From a bacterium (GTDB lineage: Bacteria > UBA8248): a stretch of DNA of 64,000 nucleotides. Below are positions 48,940 to 56,548 of this stretch, piece by piece; position 1 is the first letter of the stretch, and each line of letters starts with the position of its first letter. Location: contig OZ244799.1 of the NCBI GenBank assembly GCA_965219955.1, positions 4,219,616 through 4,283,615 on the forward strand. Direction: 5' to 3'. The notes under the pieces are model-generated. The model searched no databases, had not been told where the DNA came from, and saw nothing but the letters and a program-made list of their open reading frames with translations. The position numbers and the translations under genes were made by a program.

Positions 48940-50796
48940 TTACTCCGCCTTCCACGTGCCGAAAGAACCCATGATTCTGACCGGGTCACCGGAATGCCCC
49001 GGCGCTTCCGCAGCAAAAGTACCTGCCGCGGTCGTGGGGTATTCGGTTTCAGCAGCCTTGGCGGTCCTCGCCCTGTTGGGGCCGTAGAACTGGCCGCGCC
49101 ACGTGCCGTCCATGGCCCGACCCGCCAGGGTGCCCGAAACGTCGTCGGTGAAGCCAGCCACGCTATTACTACCAGATGCAGGGTCCAACGTAAGGGCGCC
49201 CGAAGTCAAAAATGCGCCGGCAGGGTTGCCAGTGTCAGTCCTCGTGACGGTTGCCTTCTCGAGCGTCAGCGAGCCCGCCACGTCCATGCCGCCGGCCCTG
49301 ATATTGGTGATGCTTCCGGTGACGGCGCCTATGAGAAGCCCGTCATTAGCTGCATCTGCGGAAGAATTATCAGCCCCGACGGTTCCGCCGAAGTTGGCCG
49401 TCAGGCTCACGTCCGCGTCGAAGTACTCGACCATGCCGCCCGCCGAATACAGACCGCTCGCGTCCCCGTTATACGTCGCCGTGCCCTTGAGCTCTGGAGA
49501 GACAACGAACAAGTCGCTGCCGTAAGCGAATGCGCCCGCCTGGGCGTGAGGGGCCGTATTGGGAGGAGTAGTACCTGACAGGCTATCCAGGGTGGAACCG
49601 GTTACCCAGAAACCCCAGGCCAGGTAGTCGCTGTCCGCCCTGGTGGTTCCGTCGCTCTCATGGAATTCGTAGCCCGTATTCGCTACGACTTTTCCACTCG
49701 CGTCGACACTGATTGAGCAAGCGGTGGCAGGGGCTGTACTACATCGGAATTGACCTGCAACCGGAGGGTTATTGTCTGCGGGATTCTCGTTGAACGTCGC
49801 CGCGAAATTGCTTCCGTCACCCGCGACCTCCCCCGCTACGATTACACCACCGTTAGCGGTGATACCGGCAACGGCAATATCAGCTGTAGCATTATAGTTT
49901 TGGGTGTCCGCCTGAATGTCCGTGTTGACGACGAGATGAGTTTTCGCATTGGTGCCAGCCAGGACCAGATCCTGGGCTTCCCAGCCGCCTTTGGTCTGGA
50001 AGCGTGAAGGCGTTTCACCCTCTAAAAACGCATTACCAGTACCAAGTTCGAGCGTAAATGTTGAGCCGCCCGCCTTATGATCCGCTACTGCCGTGCCTGC
50101 TGCTGCCACATTTACGGTAGCAGGAGTAGCTACTGTTGCATCACTGCTATCGCTCAGGTTCAACATACCAGCAGTATCAGTAGACGTAGCCCCTGCGGCA
50201 GCCGCCATTGCAGCTCCCACGTTGCTTGCATTTGATCGATACGCGGGTGGTTTAGTTTCCTCCAACTCGGCATTTGCGATATCTTCGCCGTTGAGTTGCT
50301 TGTTCGCCAGCATGGTAACACCCAGGCCGCGGTCCATGGCCGCTTTCATCGCCATGTCGCGGTACATCTCGGCCTTCATCTGGTATTCCATGGCCATTTC
50401 GGAAGCCGTGGCCTCAGCCGCCATGTCGGAGGCCTCCTTGGCCATCGCCGCGTGCGGCTGCGCGTTGCCCATCGCCACGGGGTCCTTCGCGCCGCTCACG
50501 GCCGCCATCGCCGCCATGTAGGCCGCCATCGCCGCGCTCTGCGCGCCGCTCAGGGCTTCCGCTTCGGCCATTTCCGCGGCGAGCTCTTCTGCGGAGGTGC
50601 AGGAACCGTCCGCGTTGTACCGTCCGCCGTCACCCTCGCACATTTCCTGCGGGGTGGGTTCCGGCATGGTGGGCGGCTCCGGGTCCGGCGCCGTGGCGCT
50701 ACCGCCACCACCGCCGCAGCCGGCCAGCGTCAGCGCGAACACGGCCGCCAGCGCGAAAGCGTAAAGCTTGGTTATCGGTTTCTCTCTGAACGTCAT
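48940..50796 (-). CDS. surface lipoprotein with TbpB-like C-terminal barrel
   Basis: Lipobox LAG-C, poly-Gly, Met/Ala-rich helix; ATYNG.ASG, G.W.GQFYG, AGTF, GSFG. Confidence 0.78.
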   Translation of the reverse strand: MTFREKPITKLYAFALAAVFALTLAGCGGGGGSATAPDPEPPTMPEPTPQEMCEGDGGRYNADGSCTSAEELAAEMAEAEALSGAQSAAMAAYMAAMAAVSGAKDPVAMGNAQPHAAMAKEASDMAAEATASEMAMEYQMKAEMYRDMAMKAAMDRGLGVTMLANKQLNGEDIANAELEETKPPAYRSNASNVGAAMAAAAGATSTDTAGMLNLSDSSDATVATPATVNVAAAGTAVADHKAGGSTFTLELGTGNAFLEGETPSRFQTKGGWEAQDLVLAGTNAKTHLVVNTDIQADTQNYNATADIAVAGITANGGVIVAGEVAGDGSNFAATFNENPADNNPPVAGQFRCSTAPATACSISVDASGKVVANTGYEFHESDGTTRADSDYLAWGFWVTGSTLDSLSGTTPPNTAPHAQAGAFAYGSDLFVVSPELKGTATYNGDASGLYSAGGMVEYFDADVSLTANFGGTVGADNSSADAANDGLLIGAVTGSITNIRAGGMDVAGSLTLEKATVTRTDTGNPAGAFLTSGALTLDPASGSNSVAGFTDDVSGTLAGRAMDGTWRGQFYGPNRARTAKAAETEYPTTAAGTFAAEAPGHSGDPVRIMGSFGTWKAE

Positions 50797-51265
50797 TTAG
50801 TGAGTCCTCCTGGATACATAGAAAAAGGGATTGTCCGTGAATTTCCGGCTTTCTCCGATTAACCTCCTTTCCTCGCGTTTAAATCGGGTCTTTCATCTAT
50901 TTTTGTTTGTGTGCTTGTCTTGGGCGGAACGGGGAGCCGGAATCTTCCGGGCTCTCCGTCCAATCTGCCTGGGACATCATTCAGGAGGCGTGGATCTTTC
51001 GGGATGGTCCCCGCCGCAAGCTGGTTCTTCGGGGGGGAGGGTCTTTTTCGTTTACACCGTCATCTCCGGGATGACCGCGCCTCGTGAATCGCGTTGCAAA
51101 CTCGGGTCAAAAAAGGTTTCTCCAGCGCATTCTCGGCTTCGTCTGATGAACCTCCTCTATCGCGTGTATACAAAGGCCGTCGTCCGGGCCGGTGGTTCCG
51201 CGGGACACATATTCCTGCGGCATGCGCCCGCCTTTCTCGGTCTCCAAAGGCGAGCGGCCTGCCTG

Positions 51266-51454
51266 CCGCTAAATGTTGTTACAGGACACTGGAAGCCCCG
51301 TTCTCCGCCGGGAGAGCCGTTCCGGGGCGCATTCGGGCCGCGAATGAGCGAAAAAAGACGGAAAACGGCGCCCGAAAACTCCCCTTGGGACCCCGGAATT
51401 GCGCTTGACATGGTTTTGAGAGGTGTTATATTCTCTGATAACAACATTTATCGG
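51266..51454. promoter_or_regulatory. sigma70 promoter flanked by inverted repeats
   Basis: TTGACA 51405-51410, TG-n-TATATT 51427-51432; IR TAAATGTTGTTA 51270-51281 / TAACAACATTTA 51439-51450. Confidence 0.6.
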
Positions 51455-51491
51455 ACATTAAGAAACCATTTCGGTCGGAATCGACCACCGC

Positions 51492-52138
51492 CGTCATTCC
51501 TGCATCGGACATAGATGCGGATGATGGCCCTTCATGTAGCGCTGAACCCCGGAATGACGATGGAAAGCCGCAGCCGCCGTAGGGGCCGTTCGTGAACGGC
51601 CCTTGTCGGAGAAGCGGGCGGTTCGCGAACCGCCCCTACGGGTTCGTTGCGATTTGCGTGGTTTCTGTAGGGACAGGCCTCCGTGCCTGTCCTGACGAAG
51701 GACAACCACGGAGAGCAGGACAAGCACGGAGGCCTGTCCCTACGAGGCGGTGCGGTTTTGTTCGTCATTCCGGCGAAAGCCGGAATCCATTTTGACTTTT
51801 CACCGGGCGGGGCGGCCACGACCTCGTTGCTGCGCGGCGTCCGGATGCGGAATCCAGAGGATTCGCCTTTCGTTTTTGTGTTCGATTCCGATCCTCACCG
51901 CCCGGGCGTAAAGACGTCCGATCGATGAGGCGAAAAGGCAAAAGGCGTAAAAATGGATTCCGGCTTTCGCCGGAATGACGGCTGTAGGGGCGGTTCGCGA
52001 ACCGCCCCTACAAAACCATCGTATCCCTCACCGCTTGAGGGGGTTTTTTCCACAGCCCCCCAAGGGGGGATGAAGTCTCCTCTCTCCCCGGTCGCCTTCA
52101 AACACCGAATCAAGGAATCAGGACTTTTCTACAACCCC
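51492..52138. repeat. REP cluster (GTAG and CGTC families) with right-end TIRs
   Basis: GTAG pair 51667-51743, CGTC pair 51763-51980, GTAGGGGCGGTTCGCGAACCGCCCCTAC palindromes, GGACTTTTCTACAACCCC end. Confidence 0.85.
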
Positions 52139-52268
52139 TTGCGTTCCCCCATAAATTTCCCCGGTGGCGGAAAATCCCGTGAGGGGCTATATTGTTTCTT
52201 GATAAAGGGGGAGACGCGGGGAGCGATGCGCTCCTTTTTCTTTTTCCTGAGATTCAAGAGGTGTCGTG

Positions 52269-52730
52269 ATGGCGGGCGGCATTAAAATCGTTGCGGAGAA
52301 CAGGCGCGCCCGCGCCGATTATGCGATAGACGAGACCTACGAGGCGGGCCTCGTCCTCACGGGCACGGAGGTGAAGGCGCTCCGCGAGGGCCGCGCGAAC
52401 TTAAAGGAGAGCTTCGGCGACATCATCGACGGCGAGGCCTGGCTGGTGGATTGCCACATCAGCCCCTACGGGCACGGCAACATCCACAACCACGAGCCCA
52501 CGCGCAGGCGGAAGCTCCTGCTCCACAAGCGCGAGATCGGCCGCCTCATCGGCCGCGTGAACGAGCGGGGGATGACGCTCGTGCCGATGAAGATGTATTT
52601 CGCCCGTGGCCGCGCCAAGGTCGAAATCGGCGTCGGCAAGGGCAAGAAGTTCCACGACCGCCGCGAGGAGCTCAAGAAGCGCGACGCGAACCGCGAGATC
52701 GAGCGCGCGCTCAGGGAGAGGAACCGGTGA
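52269..52730 (+). CDS. smpB: SsrA-binding protein
   Basis: NRRAR.DY, EAGLVLTGTEVKALREG, RKLLLHKREI, KGKK.HDRR. Confidence 0.97.
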   Translation: MAGGIKIVAENRRARADYAIDETYEAGLVLTGTEVKALREGRANLKESFGDIIDGEAWLVDCHISPYGHGNIHNHEPTRRRKLLLHKREIGRLIGRVNERGMTLVPMKMYFARGRAKVEIGVGKGKKFHDRREELKKRDANREIERALRERNR

Positions 52731-52930
52731 TACGGGACATGTTCAGGGACTACACGATGCGCTGGTGGCAGGTGAGTCTGCTCAAAGTCTCGATGGCCGC
52801 GTTCGGCCTGGCCGTCGGCGCCACCTGGCCGGGAGCCTTCGAGGGCCGGCTGCTGTGGATATGGCTGGTATTCCTGCTGCCCGCCGCGTATCTGGTCTAC
52901 GCCTTCTACCCCGAGATGTGGAGAAGGTGA
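52727..52930 (+). CDS. small two-TM membrane protein
   Basis: GTGA overlap with smpB stop; WQVSLLKVSMAAFGLAVGATW and a second hydrophobic stretch. Confidence 0.65.
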   Translation: MIRDMFRDYTMRWWQVSLLKVSMAAFGLAVGATWPGAFEGRLLWIWLVFLLPAAYLVYAFYPEMWRR

Positions 52931-52996
52931 AAATAGCGTATACGAAACGGGCCCGGGGCGATGATCGCCGCTCCGGAGCCTGTGTTCATCTCTTAT

Positions 52997-53357
52997 GGGG
53001 GCGATCCGGTTTCGACGGGAGGATTTGAAGTCTGAGCTGCGCGCCGGGGACGCCACTTGGCCCCGTTATCAATGTGGCAAAATCACACCAGCCGATAACG
53101 AGCTGGCTCTCGCTGCCTAGACGCTAGCGAGCGTTCCCCCTCGCCTCGTCCGCGGGTGGGGAGTGGAACGTCATGATGCGGACTAGCCGACCCAGGTTTC
53201 GGTCCGGAGCCTGCTAGGCGAATTCGAATCGGACTAGCCCGGAGGATGGCCCGCCGGTGGGCTTGAGACCGGGCGAAACCCTTACCACCGGCTACGCGCG
53301 TAGACGCTCACGACGGAAGCCTTGCGGACGCGGGTTCGATTCCCGCCGCCTCCACCA
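52997..53357 (+). ncRNA. ssrA: tmRNA, tag peptide (A)ADNELALAA
   Basis: 5' GGGGGCGA..GGTTTCGACG; 3' GGGTTCGATTCCCGCCGCCTCCACCA; tag ORF 53091-53120; next to smpB. Confidence 0.97.
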
Positions 53358-53406
53358 GATTACGATACCTGCGGCGCGGTGCGCCGCCGCCCGGACGGGA
53401 GTTCAA

Positions 53407-54222
53407 ATGACCGAAAAAACCGCGATTCAGAACATGGCTCTGTTTTGTGATTTCGAAAATATCGCCCTTGGCGTGCGCGAAGCCAAATACGCGGATTTCG
53501 ATATTCAAAGAGTGCTGGAGCGCCTGCTGCTCAAGGGCAGCATTGTCGTCAAGAAAGCCTACTGCAATTGGGCGCGCTACAAGGAATTCAAGGCGCCGAT
53601 GCACGAGGCGGCCTTCGAGCTGATCGAAATACCGCACGTCCGCATGTCCGGCAAGAACTCCGCCGACATTCGCATGGTCGTCGACGCACTGGACCTCTGC
53701 TACACCAAGGCGCACGTCGATACCTTCGTGATCATCAGCGGCGACTCCGATTTTTCGTCCCTGGTCAGCAAGCTCCGCGAGAACAACAAGGTGGTTGTCG
53801 GCGTCGGCGTGAAGAACTCGACCTCCGACTTGCTGACCTCGAACTGCGACGAGTTCATCTATTACGACGACTTGATGCGCGAATCCGAAAAGCAGGGAAA
53901 GGCCAAGCGGAAACGCCCGGCCGCCCGCGCCGGAAGAAAGAAAGTCGTCGACGGCGAAGAGGAAAAACGGCTGGAGGGGCTCAATCTGGTCCTGGAGACG
54001 ACCGAGGACCTGGCCCGGGAGCGGGGCGAGGAAGAAAAGGTCTGGGGGTCGATGGTGAAGCAGGCCCTGAAACGCCGCAAGCCGGGATTCAGCGAGTCCT
54101 ATCACGGATACAAGACGTTCAAGCACCTGCTCGAAGACGCGAAAGCCCGCGGGATGCTGGAACTGGAGTTCGACAAGAAGTCCGGCGGCTACATCGTGAA
54201 GAGCGCGCAACTCGATGACTAG
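53407..54222 (+). CDS. NYN (LabA/DUF88) domain protein with C-terminal OST-HTH/LOTUS
   Basis: DFENI, GKNSADIRMVVDALD, SGDSDF, CDEFIYYD; PGFSESYHGY..F..LLE. Confidence 0.9.
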   Translation: MTEKTAIQNMALFCDFENIALGVREAKYADFDIQRVLERLLLKGSIVVKKAYCNWARYKEFKAPMHEAAFELIEIPHVRMSGKNSADIRMVVDALDLCYTKAHVDTFVIISGDSDFSSLVSKLRENNKVVVGVGVKNSTSDLLTSNCDEFIYYDDLMRESEKQGKAKRKRPAARAGRKKVVDGEEEKRLEGLNLVLETTEDLARERGEEEKVWGSMVKQALKRRKPGFSESYHGYKTFKHLLEDAKARGMLELEFDKKSGGYIVKSAQLDD

Positions 54223-54223
54223 G

Positions 54224-54287
54224 CGCGCGTAGACGCTCGCGACGGAAGCCTTGCGGGCGTGGGTTCGCGCTCCCGCCGGCTCCACCA
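54224..54287 (+). repeat. degenerate duplicate of tmRNA 3' end (att-like)
   Basis: Aligns to 53295-53357 with about 7 differences, ends CTCCACCA. Confidence 0.9.
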
Positions 54288-54329
54288 GTTTTGAATGAGA
54301 ATGCGTCGCAAATGTGTGTAGTTTTATCC

Positions 54330-54358
54330 TTGACGCGCTTAGCGGCACCGACTACATT
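54330..54358 (+). promoter_or_regulatory. sigma70 promoter of Ubl operon
   Basis: TTGACG, 17-bp spacer, TACATT. Confidence 0.6.
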
Positions 54359-54450
54359 TTCTCAACAGTGCGTTGCAGATGTTTCAATAATTCTTCATGA
54401 GATTTAGCTGAAAAGAGACACTATTAATGCCATAGTTCAGGAGATTGAAA

Positions 54451-54681
54451 ATGGCTGAATTTACATTCAAGGTGAACGGCGTCCAAATTGAAACTCCTCA
54501 ACAGAAACTAGTTGCAAGAGATATCCTACAACTCGCTAAAGAAAAGGGAGCTATTCCGGGAAAACCGGAAGGATATATCTTGCAAGGAGACAAAGGCGAA
54601 TATAAAGCAGGCGATTGGGTCGATTTAAGTGAAGACAATTTGTTCATTGCGATCCCAAATAAACCTACGCCGGTGGCATAA
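54451..54681 (+). CDS. ubiquitin-like (multi-ubiquitin type beta-grasp) protein, 76 aa
   Basis: AGGAG RBS; F.F.VNG......L.ARDIL.LA...Y.L...VDL....F pattern; first gene before E2-like and E1 genes. Confidence 0.75.
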   Translation: MAEFTFKVNGVQIETPQQKLVARDILQLAKEKGAIPGKPEGYILQGDKGEYKAGDWVDLSEDNLFIAIPNKPTPVA

Positions 54682-54692
54682 CTCTTGGTAAC

Positions 54693-55070
54693 ATGACCGA
54701 TAATATCGACAAGATACAAAGGGAGTTAGAGTCTTTGGACTATAAGACATGCCTGTCTGATAGTCCGCAGGGAAAAGTCGTTTCTTTTCCTTATATAATT
54801 GAGACCGGTTCTCATAAGGGCAAAGAAATAACGCTAGGCATCAGTATGCAAGGCCATGAACAGTATCCCGAGTATCCACCTCATTGGATTCATATTACAC
54901 CTCCAATTGACGATGGAAGAGGCGGTTCGATTGGAGAATATTCCGATGTGAGTGGGAGAAAATGGATTGCGATGAGCAGACCTCCAGGAGAGCTTTGGGA
55001 TCAATTGCCCACAAAGCACATGATGGGTTACGTGAACGAACATCTACGTCGCTTTTGGAACGGCATATGA
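54693..55070 (+). CDS. prokaryotic E2-like protein (family E-like)
   Basis: YPEYPPHWIHI and W..MSRP...W motifs; located between Ubl and E1. Confidence 0.7.
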   Translation: MTDNIDKIQRELESLDYKTCLSDSPQGKVVSFPYIIETGSHKGKEITLGISMQGHEQYPEYPPHWIHITPPIDDGRGGSIGEYSDVSGRKWIAMSRPPGELWDQLPTKHMMGYVNEHLRRFWNGI

Positions 55071-56548
55071 GTTTTGAGGTCGTTTTTACTGCGGAAGCGA
55101 ACTCGATCTCCAGCGAGCATTTATTACAGCACTTTAAGCTAAACAATCGTCAGGAAGATCTCTGTTTCGCCTTGTGGCGACCCTCTACTGGCCAGTTGCG
55201 CTGTTCTGCACTGATTGATGAAATCATCCTTCCGAAAAAAGGCGAGCGAATTCTCCACGGCAACACCAGCTTCAATCCTGATTATCTGATGCGGGCAGTA
55301 AAGGTCGCTTGTGAGAAAAAAGCAGGCTTAGCTTTTATGCATAGTCATCCGGTTCCTGGATGGCAAGGGATGAGTGGTGCAGATGTAGCTGCAGAACGCG
55401 ACGTTCTTGCGTATCCGGCAGGAGCGACGGGATTGCCGTTGGTGGGTTTGACCATTGGCACTGATGGATATTGGAGCGCACGTTTTTGGGAAAAAAACAA
55501 TGGTGAAATGCGCTGTCATTGGTGTGAGAAAGTCCGAATTGTCGGGCCACAGTTTTACAAGATTTATTCCAACGACAAGATTGCGCCGCCGCCATTACGA
55601 AAAGAGGTGCTCAAGCGCACTTTCGATACATGGGGACGCGAATCACAAAATACCATCGCGCGTTTGAAAGTCGGTATTGTCGGGCTTGGTAGTGTTGGGT
55701 GTATCATCGCCGAAGCCATTGCCCGCATGGGAATCGCGAGGGTAACGCTAATTGATCCGGATAAAGTCGAAGAACATAATCTCGATCGTCTGCTTTACGG
55801 GACCTCGAATGATATCGGAAAATTAAAGGTCGACTTGGCCGCACAAGCAATGCAACGCAATGCCACTGCCGAGAATATCCAAATCACCACTTTGCCGATT
55901 TCGATTCATGATGAAACCGCTTATAAAACCGCGCTCGATTGCGACATCATATTTAGCTGTGTTGATCGGCCCGTTGCTCGAGATGTCTTGAATTATATCG
56001 CGCAAGCACATTTGATTCCGGTTATCGATGGTGGGGTCGCCGTTGAAACTGACAGACGCCAAGATCGCTTGTTCTCGGCGCATTGGCGTGCGCATATCGT
56101 CACACCATATCATCAGTGCCTGCGTTGTAACGGACAATACAACTCAAGTATGGTGGTAATGGAATTGGACGGATCCCTTGATGATCCTTCTTATGTCAGC
56201 AACTTGCCTCCCGAAGAGCGAGACGGCAACCAAAATGTCTTTCCGTTCAGTTTGAGCGTTGCTGGAATGGAAGTTAATTTGATGCTTCGCTATTTGTTAG
56301 CCGCTGATTGGTGGTCGTTAGTACGCCAGCAAGATTACCAGTTTGTTACCGCTGAAACCCGCATCATCAACGATGAATGCCATGTTAATTGCTCTTTTCA
56401 ACAGCGGCGTGCGCTAGGTGATGCGGAAAAACCCTCTTACTTGGTAAGAGTGGAAAGTGTCGAAGAAATAACACCTCCAAAATCTTGGTGGCATGGAATT
56501 CAACAGCGTATCGTCAGTATTTTCGATAGGGAATCTTGGAATTCCTAA
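55067..56548 (+). CDS. JAB peptidase-ThiF/E1 fusion
   Basis: ATGA coupling; E...HSHP-x7-S-x2-D JAB motif; GLGSVG, DPDKVEEHNLDR, CVD, CLRC and CHVNC. Confidence 0.88.
   Translation: MSFEVVFTAEANSISSEHLLQHFKLNNRQEDLCFALWRPSTGQLRCSALIDEIILPKKGERILHGNTSFNPDYLMRAVKVACEKKAGLAFMHSHPVPGWQGMSGADVAAERDVLAYPAGATGLPLVGLTIGTDGYWSARFWEKNNGEMRCHWCEKVRIVGPQFYKIYSNDKIAPPPLRKEVLKRTFDTWGRESQNTIARLKVGIVGLGSVGCIIAEAIARMGIARVTLIDPDKVEEHNLDRLLYGTSNDIGKLKVDLAAQAMQRNATAENIQITTLPISIHDETAYKTALDCDIIFSCVDRPVARDVLNYIAQAHLIPVIDGGVAVETDRRQDRLFSAHWRAHIVTPYHQCLRCNGQYNSSMVVMELDGSLDDPSYVSNLPPEERDGNQNVFPFSLSVAGMEVNLMLRYLLAADWWSLVRQQDYQFVTAETRIINDECHVNCSFQQRRALGDAEKPSYLVRVESVEEITPPKSWWHGIQQRIVSIFDRESWNS

Noticed and set aside
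47145-50796. Diversity-generating retroelement acting on the lipoproteins
   Set aside because: No reverse transcriptase and no template/variable repeat pair seen
50831-51514. 227-aa ORF or riboswitch upstream of the lipoproteins
   Set aside because: No protein motifs, and no riboswitch consensus that I can recognise by eye; an Rfam scan would settle it
51492-52138. Possible CRISPR array
   Set aside because: Repeats are inverted doublets of mixed families without regular unique spacers; no cas genes
53257-53406. N-terminal extension of the NYN ORF
   Set aside because: Overlaps tmRNA; ATG 53407 with a GGAG RBS fits better
54224-54287. Possible tRNA or second tmRNA
   Set aside because: Only a degenerate 3' fragment with a damaged T-loop and no 5' acceptor half
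55067-56548. ThiF/MoeB cofactor biosynthesis or CBASS Cap2/Cap3
   Set aside because: No thiamine or Moco genes, no GG-ending sulfur carrier and no CD-NTase; JAB fusion and E2-like neighbour point to a separate conjugation operon
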